Source of the DNA: the human T2T-CHM13v2.0 reference genome, Homo sapiens
DNA length: 64,000 nucleotides
Direction: 5' to 3' (one strand)
NCBI RefSeq assembly: GCF_009914755.1
Contig: NC_060929.1
A program made the translations under genes and the position numbers. Below are positions 1-12,127 of the stretch, one piece after another. Within the stretch, counting starts at the first letter, position 1. Every line of letters starts with the position of its first letter. The notes under the pieces are model-generated. The model saw nothing but the letters and a program-made list of their open reading frames with translations, made no database searches and had not been told where the DNA came from.

Positions 1-1180
1 TGTCTTCTTTAACTGCTGTTGCTTTACATTTTGTTTTGTGTGATATAAGCCTGCTTACCTTTGGTGTCCATATGCATGGAAAATCTTTCTCTACCCTTTT
101 ACCTTAAGTTCATGTGAGTCTTTATGTGTTAGGTGAGTTTCCTGAAGACAGCAGAAACTTGGTTGGTGAATTCTTATCCATTCTGTCATTCTATATCTTT
201 TAAGTGGAGCATTTAGGCCATTTACATTCAATGTTAGTATTGAGATGCGACATACTATTCTATTCATCACGCTATTTGTTGCCTGAATACCTTCTTTTTT
301 TGGGGGGGGCGGTTTGTTTGTTTTTTACATTGTTATTGTTAGATGTTATATAGGTACTGTGAGGTTTATGCTTTAAGGAAGATTCTATTTTGTTGTATTT
401 CAAAGTTTTCTTTCATGATTTAGAGCTCCTTTTATCAGTTCTTGTAGTGATGGCTTGGTAGCAGTGAATTCCCTCAGCATTTGTTTGTCTAGAAAAGACT
501 GTATCTTTCTTTCATTTATGAAGTGTAGTTTCACTGGATACAAAATTATTGGCTGATAATTGTTTTGTTTAAGAAGGCTAAAAATAGGACCCCAATCCCT
601 TCTAGCTTGTAGAGTTTCTGCTGTTAGATAGGTTTTCCTTTACAGGTTACATGATGCTTTTTTCTCACAGCTCTTAAGATTCTTTCCTTTCATCTTGACT
701 TTAGATAACATAATGACTATGTGCCTAGGTGATGATCTTTTTGTGACTAATTTCTCAGGTGTTCTTTGAGCTTCTTGTATTTGGATGTCTAGATCTCTAG
801 CAAGGCTGGGTAAGTTTTCCTCGATTATTCCTTCAAATAAGTTTTCCAAACTTTTAGATTTATCTTCTTCCTTGGGAACACCAATTGTTCTTAGACTTGG
901 ACATTTAACGTAGCCCCGGACTTCTTGGAGGCCTTGTTCATTTTTTTTTAATTCCTTTTTCTTCGTCTTTGACGGATTGGGTTAATTCAAAAGCCATGTC
1001 TTTGAGCTCTGAGGTTCTTTCTTCTGCTTGTTTGATTCTATTGCTGAGACTTTCCAGTGCATTTTGAATTTCTCTAAATATGTCCTTGATTTCCAGATGT
1101 TGTAACTGTTTTTTATTTATGCTATCTATTTCACTGAAGAATTTACCTTTCATATCTTGTATCATGTTTTTGATTTCTTA
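1..1180 (-). mobile_element. LINE-1 (L1PB-like) fragment: ORF1 C-terminal half through start of the ORF2 endonuclease domain
   Basis: Minus-strand ORFs 640..849 (ENLFEGIIEENLPSLARDLDIQIQEAQRTP) and 938..1165 are L1 ORF1p-like. About 270 down to 50 reads as a degenerate ORF2 start (ISILTLNVNGLNAPLKR...QETHL). Confidence 0.9.
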
Positions 1181-1876
<696 letters not shown>

Positions 1877-2249
1877 TAAGGCTGGATTTTCCAAACTGGT
1901 CCTCCTACTTATTTTAGTCTTTTTCTCTCCTAGTTCCCATTTTCCTGTACTGATCTTTAGTAAGTTTTTCAACTTTATCTTCCAGACCTGCTGCTACATA
2001 ATTTCTGATGTTTTAAATTCTAAGAGTTTTTTTTTTTTGGTGAATATTGTTCTATTTATTTTTAAAGCATCCTTACTGACTCTTGGATATCTTGAATGCA
2101 ATAGCTTGTCTTATCCCCCTGATGATATTGATGATAGTTCCCCACTCTCAAATTGCTTTATGCTGTTTGTTTTAATAGCTGATCTCATGTTAGAGAATTT
2201 TCTGTTTTTTTATAATGCTTGGTTGCCTATTTAAGAGTTGGGGGGCATG

Positions 2250-3047
2250 AGTAAAAATGGCTATTGTCAAAAAGACAGAAAATAACAGATGCTGACAAGG
2301 ATGTGGAGAAAGGGGAATGCTTGTACCCTGTTAGTGGGGATGTAAATTAGTACAGCAACTACGGAAAATGGTATGGAGGTTCCTCAACAAACTGAAAATA
2401 GAACTACCATACGACCTAGCAATCCCACTGCTGGGTATGTACATCCAAAAGAAAGGAAATCAGAATACTAAAGAGATAACTGCATTCCCATGTTTATTGC
2501 AGCAATATTCACAATAGCCAAGATGTGGAATTAACCTAAGTGTCCATCAACAGATGAATGGATAAAGACAATGTGGGAAAATATACACAGTGGAATTATT
2601 CACTCATAAAAAATAATGAAATCCTGTCATTTGCAGCAACATGGATGGAACTGGAGGGCATTATGTTAAGTGAAATAAGCCAGGCACAAAATGACAAATA
2701 TCCCACGTTTATACTCATATGTGGGAGGTAGTGCTAGTATGGTGGTTACCAGAGGCTGGAAAGGGTAGGGGGGAAGGGAATGAAGAGATTGGTTAATAGG
2801 TACAAAAATACAGTTAGATAAAAGAAGTAAGTTCCAGTGTTTGATAGACTAGAGTTAACAAGGATTTATTGCATGTTTCAAAATAGCTAGAAGATTTGGA
2901 ATGTTTCTGACACAAAGAAATGATAAATGTTTGAGGTGATGGATATTCTAAATAACCTGATCTGATCATTACATTGTATGCGTTTATCAAAATATCACAC
3001 GTACCCCATAAGTAATTACAACTATTAGGTATCAATTAAAAAAAAGA
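2250..3047 (+). mobile_element. L1MA-type 3' end (ORF2 C-terminus plus 3' UTR) with A tail
   Basis: gatgtggagaaaggggaa...ccagcaatcccactgctggg-like...atggatggaactggag...attaaaaaaaa. Confidence 0.85.
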
Positions 3048-3303
3048 AGGGGGGACAAGAAGGCTGCTTGCAGCACATGCATGGGGCCTGGTGACCAAGG
3101 CTTCACAGTAGAGAAAGAGGCCAGGATTTCTTAGGTATTCCTCTACATTGGTATCTTAGTCTTTCTTCTAGGAGGCAGATTCCCTAGATAACATTTTTCT
3201 AATTTCCTACCTGGGTGGGGAAAGGCCTGGCTCTCATCCTTCTAGGAAACTAGTAGAACACACACACACTCTTTCTCCTGTCTCTCATCCTTCTAGAAAA
3301 CTA

Positions 3304-3304
3304 G

Positions 3305-3342
<38 letters not shown>
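3304..3342. repeat. (GC)n(CA)16 microsatellite inside a 2-copy tandem duplication (3231-3359)
   Basis: Read directly from the sequence. Confidence 0.95.
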
Positions 3343-3346
<4 letters not shown>

Positions 3347-6300
3347 TTCTTTCTCCTGTTTTCCATACTGAGCCCTTAAGCTCAACAGTAATTTGGCATC
3401 CTTCAATCAAGAAACTCCTTTGTTTTACTATCCCCAGAGAATAAACTAATTGGATGGGAGAGGGAGGGGCATTCACTAGAGTTTTAAGAGCTTCTTAAAA
3501 GGTTTTCAAGAAATTCTGCTTACTCTTCCCTTTGCCGCCACTGAGGTACTACTGCCTATTGCAAATTCCTGAGTTTTTTAAGGCTTCAGCGGTGCAAACT
3601 GAATTGGCTCTTAATTTCCCTTTGCTGGCATAGTATAAAACTGTTAACTTAGTCACCACATCTACTTTCTAGCATCCAAAACAGTTCCCCCCGCCAATGG
3701 GGATTTAAATTGAAATCACGATTTTTTCACAGTTCAACAGTGCTTCGGAAGAGAGCCAAATTAGATGTGTCTGTTCAATCCACCACCTTCCTACAACCTG
3801 TTTTAGCCTCTGCAAATGACTTAAGTCCACCTGAAACCACTCCTCTGAGATAATATCTTGGTGACACTGGGCATATGGTTTAAACATGTATGTAATAGGG
3901 ATCACAATGCCAGAACTTTGTATCACTTGACTATAGTGAAAAATGGGCAAAATGATGTATGCCCACTCGAGAGGTATGTACTATGTCAATTTAAGGTCTG
4001 CTGCTATCTTAGAGGAAGATAACCATTTCACTATTAGTAGGGCGAGTTGCTTTTTTATCCAGAATAATGCACTGGAAGATATGGCTATTCTCTCCTTGTC
4101 CCTCATTTACAAGTCGGCTTTTGGGTTAGAGATACAGTGCACAGATTTATGCTTCTCCATGACAAGTGATCATCAATTCATTAAAGGAAATGTAATAAAT
4201 GATTTCAGCTCCTTGCATTCTACCAAAGCAATGAAGACTTTATGCTGTTCATGTGTGTAACTGTATACAAATTTTTAATACAAATATTTTATGTATCCTC
4301 CCAGGCACCTGGATTATGTTAACAGCAAGTTAGCAGGCCACATCATTCAGAAGATACGGGAAATTAATATTCTTGAGAAGAGAGGAAATTAGACACTACC
4401 TGAGAGGGTGGGGCATCCAGCTCCTAATGAAAAACAACTTTTGATAACACGGATAACACAGTACTATCACCTTCAAAGTGTTTGGTAAACATTAAGCTTT
4501 CTTTTCACCCTTTTAAAGGCTTAAAGCACCACACAAGTAGTTTGCAGGCCCCTTTCAGCTCCAAAAATGTTGGGATTCTACCATCAACTGGAAACCTGGG
4601 TTCTAGTCCCAGCTCTTTCCGAGATGGGGTATGTGACCTCACACATGATACTCAGCCCTGCATGGGTTCTTTCTTCATCTATAAAAAACCCCTATCATTC
4701 TCTCACCTTTGATTTCCCATTGCTGACACAGAATCAAAAGTAAATTTCAAAAGTAATTTATTCTTTTCAACAATTTAAGTATATTTTAATACCAATGTAA
4801 ACATTTTTGATCCGGGTGTCAGAATTTAGTCTGAATACCTATCAACTGCATGGAAATGTTACCTCTAAAAGTACCCATTTTTATCAAGAAATACAGTAAT
4901 TAGGTGTGACTTTAATGTGAATTAAAATTTAATGTACATGTACTTTCATCTCATATTGTCAGATAATGTAAGACTCTTATCTAAATCAGTTTTTTTTTTT
5001 AAATTTAGATTTAAAACTTTAATGAAGACTTGTTCGGTGGGTGTGAGGTACAGAATCTTGCAATTTTTTTTTTAGCACCGATAAGCAGTACAATATTGCA
5101 ATTTTTAAAATATCTCAAATGAAGATGTCATCTGTGAGATAAACTGATTTTTGTAAAATATTTCATTATTTGCCATATTGTTTGGTCATAAAGTGAGCTT
5201 CATTATACTGCAGCAACTGAATTTTTCTACCATATAGAGGCACGTTTTAATATACCACATTGGTAATTAAAATGATCTCACGCTAAAGGAAAGAAGGGGC
5301 CTTTCACATTCTACTCAAAATCATCATATATTTATGAGGCAGGATTTATGTATGTTCTGCATGCCTTGATCTATTGTGCCTAGATTCATATCCTAGCTTT
5401 TATCATGATCTGGCTCAGGCAAGCCATTTAACTGGGGGGTCAGTGGCCTCACTTTAAATGTGTTGTGAAGATAAAATGAAATCAAAAGTATTTTAAAAAG
5501 AAAATAGAAAACTAATATACCAAATATTGCTGATGTGGCGAATTAGCTCAATTATTTAAGTCCCTACGTAGGGAGAATGGGCTGAGGCCCTATTTATTTT
5601 CATTCCATGAATTTCTCTCTGAATTCCATACTTGTCTTTCACAGAGCCAAAGAGGACCATGGCTACCTATGCATTAGTCCACATAATTTACCTCTACCGA
5701 AAATTACTTCCTTATTGATCTTTCTCAGGCTTTGCTTTCAACCGGACCAAATATCTGTCATAAAGTAAGACTCAGACATATTCTACGTTTATGATTACTA
5801 TTAAGCTTTTGCAATCGTGAGGCAACATCAAGAACAGAAACCTATCTGAAAGGTTTCCAATCGCATTAGCGGATTGGAATCACTGGTCTGATGACTCTCT
5901 AAGGCTACAGGTGGGAACTGCCCATACCCGGTGGGGACCAAGCTGATGAAGTCTGCAATTCTCAAAAGCACAGATCATGACATGCACTCTCCGTGAGGGG
6001 TCATTCCTTAAAAGTCTGCTCACTACGAAAGCTCCTGGAAATGTCGGGCAGGTGCTTAGGGAAAGAATGAGAAATCCCTAGTCAGTCACAAGTCTTTGTA
6101 GTGTTACTGCTACAGCCGATGCAGGAAAGTGGCTAGGGAGGGGGTGGTGCCGGCTTTCAAAGGAGTACTCAGAATCTCTACACGATGCCAGAGCTGGTCT
6201 CTGGCAGGGAAGGCTGTGATGGCCTTGACTCTGGTCAAGTGGGTTTTTACTCAGGGAAGGGTGAAACAGAAGTGGCTCTGCGAGGTGCCAAAATAATCCC

Positions 6301-6396
6301 CTTTATGGCCACGCAAGTCTGCAACATGCGGCACTCGGACAGTCTCTTCCCAATACCCTCCCTTAACGAGAGCGCGCGCCCGCGGGGGCCCATTAC

Positions 6397-6850
6397 CATC
6401 CTGCAGGATGAGGGTGGGCTGCACCGCCTGTACCCGGAACTGTCTGGCCCTCCAGCCGGGGCTGGGCGCCCGCACCACCTCGCTATCGGAAAGCCAGGTC
6501 ACGGTCTCAAAGTTGTCCCCGCGAGCCAGCGCCTCGGCCTCGGCGTGGTGCACTGCCACGCGGTCGAACTGGTAGAGGCCGCCGGAGTGGTCGAAGTGCA
6601 CGTGGGTGGCCACGGCAAGCAGTGGCCGGCGCGCCGCGTCCTCTTTGGCCTCTCGGTCCTGCAAGAGGCCGGAGGAGTACAGGTACTCCGGGAGGCTGCG
6701 CAGCCCCAGGCCTGTATCGATCACCACGTCCTGCTCGGAGCCGCGCACCAGCCAGATGTTGGCACGGTTGCCCGACTCGTAGAAACGTTCTTGAATCCAG
6801 AAGATACCATCGCCTAGAGACTTGTGGGCGTACCACTCGAGCGCCGACAT
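6397..6850 (-). CDS. MBLAC2: MBLAC2 coding exon 1 (151 codons + 1 nt); metallo-beta-lactamase domain-containing protein 2 / acyl-CoA thioesterase
   Basis: [47 protein letters not shown]... contains the HxHxDH motif ([10 protein letters not shown]). ATG at 6850; donor GATG|GTAATG at 6397/6396. Exon 2 lies outside the window to the left. Confidence 0.96.
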
Positions 6851-7469
6851 GCTGGGCAGGGGTGCAGCCAGGCGGGGTGAGTGTGGGCGTGCGAGTCTCC
6901 CACAGGCTGTCCACACACAGGGCACTGCGGCTGTGTGAAGCGGTCTGCCTGCAGCCAGGGAGGAGGCGTAGAGCGAGGCGGGGGCGTGGGATGCGGGGGT
7001 CGGAATAGGAGGAGGAAGGACGCAGACCGACGCTGCCCGTAGCGTGCGCTCCCGCACCCTTCCGCCAGGTCGGCAGCAAGCAGAGGCTGCGCCACCAGCA
7101 CGGGGGCGCAGGAGCTACCGCAGCCTCGGCAGCCGCACCACGAGAGAGCTTTAACGCAGGGGCCACTGCAGCAGAATGGAGACTCAGGTGGCGACCGTTT
7201 CGCCACCCCGGGCGTGTGACAGCAGAGGCCCGCAGTGAGGGTGGGAAGAGCTAGAACCGCCCACCCACTGGCTCTGCAGGGCGCGCACTCCCAGCTGGCG
7301 CAGAAAGTGTGGGGCCTCGCGGGTTGTACGGCGACTACGGCGCCTGCCAAGGGCAAAAAAACCTCTTTGCCGAGGGGGTGGGGCCTTCCTAGGGAGTGGG
7401 CGGGGCTAGTTGGTAGGGCTCACTCCGCGGTCCTGGTGCCGCGTGCAGGTCGGTGCGCGCTTCTCCCGA

Positions 7470-7578
7470 GGTGGAACGGGCGGCAGTCAAGCGCCGGCGT
7501 TCTCTGCCGTCACCCTTTCCTTGCCGGCCGGCACTTCGGCTGCAGAGTTTTGCCCACGCTTCGAGACTTAGGGAGCAG
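7470..7578 (+). other. POLR3G: POLR3G non-coding exon 1 (start approximate)
   Basis: Strong donor CAG|GTAACC at 7578/7579 at the edge of the CpG island. The TSS cannot be determined from sequence. Confidence 0.75.
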
Positions 7579-8269
7579 GTAACCGAGGAAGCAATCGAAG
7601 ACTTGGGAGGGGTGGTGAGGGTAGAGGGGAATTAAAGGGGCACGTGGAAAAGGTGAGGGGAAGTCAGGGGTAGAGATTCATTAAAGCGCCTCTGGTTTGA
7701 GGGGCGTTTGGAGATAGCTTGGTACCTCCCCTCCTTGTCCTGCTCCCTTCAGAATTTTTTAAGTCCAATTTCCAGATCTTACCTAGTCTCTACTCCTAGG
7801 ACTGTTTGCAGTGAGTTAGAAGGGTATTTATGCTCTTACTGATAGTAGGTTATTTTCAAAATCCATGGCTTTATGATTTTTTAGGCACTAGTCATTGCCG
7901 CAGATTGCAGCTGAGGACCGACTATTCAGTATCTGTTTTCGTAACTGTTGGCACTTTATATCGTAGGGAAGGGAGTTGTTAATATGGTTTGTCTTTTCTT
8001 ATAAAAAATAAAATTCTATATCCACCCTTTTTTTAATTTTATTATTATTATTTATTTATTTATTTATTTATTTTGGTTTGTCTGCCCTTGGAAGAGAGTA
8101 AAGCGAGTTGGTAGAAAGGCTCAAATAAAGAAAAGGAGCACCTGGTGAGGACGGGAAAAGTGAATAATGACTGGGTGTGGCCCCGCCAGCCACATAAATC
8201 ATCCGCTCTGTTAACATCAGGTCACTGTCTCCACTCCCCGCTTCCCAGCTATTGAAATATCTATTTAGG

Positions 8270-8571
8270 GTTTTTGTTTGTTTGTTTGTTTTTTGAGACA
8301 GAGTCTCTGTTGCCCAGTCTGGAGTGCGGTGGCGCGATCTCGTCTCACTGCATCCTCCGCCTCCTGGGTTCTAGCGATTCTCCTGCTTCAGCCTCCCGAG
8401 GAGCTGAGGTTACAGGCGCCTGCCACTGCACCCGGCTAATTTTGTATTTTTAATAGAAACGGGGTTTCACCATGTTGGCCAGGCTGGTCTTGAACTCCTG
8501 ACCTCAAATGATCCGCCTGCCTCGGCCTCCCAAAGTGCTGGGATTACAGGCGTGAGCCACTACACCCGGCC
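8270..8571 (-). mobile_element. AluS with TSD (gaaatatctatttagg / gaagcatctatttagg)
   Basis: Full dimer with (TTTG)n tail. Confidence 0.92.
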
Positions 8572-9289
8572 AGAAGCATCTATTTAGGCTTCAGAAATTC
8601 CCTTGAGAACTTAACTAACCTCTTAAGTTAGTCAGGAAAAATGATAAAGAGACTCATGAGACAGCATTACAAAAGAATTATGATAACCTTTACTGTGACA
8701 ACTACTAATAAGCCTTCATGGAAGGAGAGGTGTACGCTCCTTTCCTACCCTCCTAAAGTCTTTGGTGGGCATGCAGCTTTTCTAAATACTTTGCTAATCT
8801 TCACAGAGATTATTCGGTTACTCAGCTGGGGGCTTTCCTTATGCACAAGTCGCTGAGCTGGGTAATTCATGAACAGAGTTGTGTAAAAAGGTCATAATCT
8901 GGATTCTCAGGAGTTTGAGGGAAGATAATGTCTGTACACAATTACTTGCAAAATAAAGCATTACGGGGTATGTACCACAGAGGAAGTAAAAGCTAGATTC
9001 AGTAAGAATACAGGTGGAAGGGATTCGTGAGGAGTGGCTTTTGAGCTGGCCTTAAAAGACTACTTTTAGGGCATTCTCAGCAGAGTAATATAGGGCCCTC
9101 AGTAGTCTGGGTACTTTTTCTCTAGGCAGAAGCAAGCCACTAGTGGTGAAATGGAGTGATATCTCTACCAGGCCATGAGCTCAGCAATAATTTATCCAAT
9201 AATCATTGGCCTTTTGCTAGGCTTTCGTTAGTAATGGGGACATAAAAAGGAGAATAAGTTTCCAAGGAGACCTTCACACTTCCAGGTCC

Positions 9290-10150
9290 CCCTGCCTGCA
9301 TCCCACATCTCACTGGATATCCTTTTTTAATTCTCTACATGGCTCTTTGCCTTACTTTTGTCAGGCTTATGCTCAGGTATCACCAAGTAAGAGAGGACTT
9401 CTTCAGCCACCCTTTCCACAATAGCATCCATGTTTCCTGTCTTTATTTTTCTTATCATTTCCTGACATTTCCTATAAAATATATTTTGTCAGTTTCTTAC
9501 CCTAGACTATGAGCTTCATGAGAGGAGAAATTTTGTTTTGTTCACTACTGTATTCCCAATTCATAGAAGACGGCCTGACGATGAGGGTGCTTAATAAATA
9601 CTTGATTGGATTGAAGAGGCTCCCTGGGAGACAGATAAGAGCTGACAGTTACAACATGATTGTAAAAAGGGCTTAAAAGCAGAGTAGTACTTGGGAAACA
9701 CAGAGAAGGGAGAGGCCTACCTCCATGTAGGGTGGAAGAAATTGTCATGGAGAAAGTGTCATTTGCATGGCATCTGAAAAGAACCTGGGGCTTAAGTGGA
9801 TGTGGCAGGAAGGGCACTCCAGGCATGCAATGGTTGACTTGGCCACAGCGTGGGGTGCCTGTGGTGAGAGGCAGAAAGACTCCAAAGCTCTGTTAAGGAG
9901 AGTCACATGTCAAGATTTGTATTCCAGAAAGATACCCTAGACTGCAGAGTGGATTGAAAGGGAGAATCCGGCCACAGGAAGTTTATTTGTTCTGTTTTAG
10001 AGGTCCAGGTGAGAGATGAGAGGGTCTGAACTGAAGCAGAGGTGGAAGAAACAGAACATGGGAGAGAGAACAGAGCTGGTAAACCTCTACTATTAGATGA
10101 GGGGTTGGAAGTAGACAGGTCAGAATACCTATCCTGATTGTAGCAATTTA
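9290..10150. mobile_element. Degraded L2 fragments
   Basis: ctagactatgagcttcatgag...gtgcttaataaatacttg (L2 3' end) followed by purine-rich L2-like sequence. Confidence 0.55.
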
Positions 10151-10253
10151 GGGGTCATTCATCAGGAATAATACCGTGACTTGACTTTCACTGCCTCCTC
10201 TAGCTTCTATGTCTGCTTCTATCTGTTTGTGCATTTATTCATGGAGCTGACGT

Positions 10254-10618
10254 TGTTACTGGTGGAGGGTGTCCAGGTTCTTGGCGTCTTGAACAAAGAA
10301 TTGGACGAAACGCGCAAAGCAAAGAAAGAATGAAGCAACAAAAGCAGATACTTACTGAAAATGAAAGTACACTCCAGTGAGGCAGTGGGTGGAGCATATG
10401 GGCTCAAGGGTCCCCTTACAGAATTTGTGGGGGTTTAAATACCCTCTAGGGGTTTCCATTTAGTTACTTGGTGTACACCCTATGTAAATGAAGAGGATGA
10501 AGTAAAGTTACAAAGTCATTTACTTGGCATATGCCCTATGGAGAGGATATTTCCTGTCATAGCCGTAATGTGAATTGGCCTTTTGTTCCCTGCCTCCAGA
10601 CCCTATTTTCCTGCCTCA
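10254..10618 (-). mobile_element. MER61-type solo LTR (ERV1)
   Basis: Minus strand begins TGAGGCAGGAAAATAGGGTCTGGAGGCAGGGAAC and ends ...AGTAACA. Confidence 0.8.
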
Positions 10619-11117
10619 GTGTGGACAAGGAACTGTGTAAGACGTGGAGGACAAGACATTTCAGTTACCTCATAACTCATAAAATGTTAGAACTAGGAGG
10701 AATTTCAGAGATTAGCTCAGCATCTGCTAGGACGTTGTTTTGGTAGTTGATTAAAATTGACTTTTTATTTCAGCTCTTGGATGCTTAAACTACACCCATT
10801 TTCAAACCTCTCAGAACAATTCTGAATAGGAATTTTCAGGAGACATCCTGAAATGGAAGGGGCAATGCTACTGATTTTACATTTTTAATTGAGTCTGTTT
10901 TGCAGTTATTAATTCACTTCATTGAATAAAGACCTCCCTGGGATTAAAAAAGTCTTCTAACCAGCCTAGACCTATGCTTCCTGAAGTGTAATGCAAATGG
11001 AAGAACAGTGGAAAGGTAAAGCAGTCCTGCTTTTGTTAGGAATTAGCTTTGCGTCTTTAGGTAATCAAGTAACCGCTTAGGGTGTTGCTTTCCTCTTCTG
11101 TAAAATGGGAGGTTTAA

Positions 11118-11401
<284 letters not shown>

Positions 11402-11403
11402 TG

Positions 11404-11565
11404 CAGTGGTTCTTAATTTGGGTTGCACACTGTAATCTCCTGGGATGCTTTAAAAAGTCCTGATGCTTAAATGGTACCTCCAGAGCTTCTGATTTTATTG
11501 TTCTGGGGTGAATCCTGGGTTTTCTTTTCTTTAAAACCTCTCTCAGTGATTCCAATGTGCAGCCA
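11404..11565. mobile_element. MER5A (hAT-Charlie MITE)
   Basis: cagtggttcttaa...gattccaatgtgcagcca. Confidence 0.7.
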
Positions 11566-11709
11566 GGTCCCACTCAAAGGGGGAAAAAAGCCTTAATAAT
11601 GGGCTGACTGAATTGTCCTTCTGTGGGTAGATTTGCTCATCAAATCACAGTGCACAAATAGGGTAAGCTTGACATTAATTGTGGAGCTGTTGCTATATAG
11701 GAAGCACTA

Positions 11710-12127
<418 letters not shown>

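Larger units (their letters stand above)
6300..7680. promoter_or_regulatory. CpG island / bidirectional promoter of MBLAC2 (-) and POLR3G (+)
   Basis: High GC and CpG density; GC box GGGCGGGG at 7398-7405; E-box CACGTG at 7641-7646; head-to-head gene arrangement. Confidence 0.9.

Noticed and set aside
6185-7635. Long overlapping ORFs in the CpG island (6185..6817+, 6507..7166-, 6622..7008+, 6814..7356-, 7235..7582+)
   Set aside because: GC-rich shadow frames of the MBLAC2 exon and promoter with no recognisable domains.
10254-10618. MER61 LTR as a p53-responsive enhancer
   Set aside because: Some MER61 subfamilies carry p53 sites, but I could not see a tandem RRRCWWGYYY in this copy (ggcatatgcc, ggtgtacacc).
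10991-10998. Isolated octamer ATGCAAAT in intron 1 (others near 57968 and 59309)
   Set aside because: No adjacent SOX half-site; several are expected by chance in 64 kb of AT-rich DNA.
11000-11115. MIR-like relic in POLR3G intron 1 as a Pol III feedback unit analogous to the POLR3E intronic MIR
   Set aside because: Highly degraded, with no recognisable A or B box.
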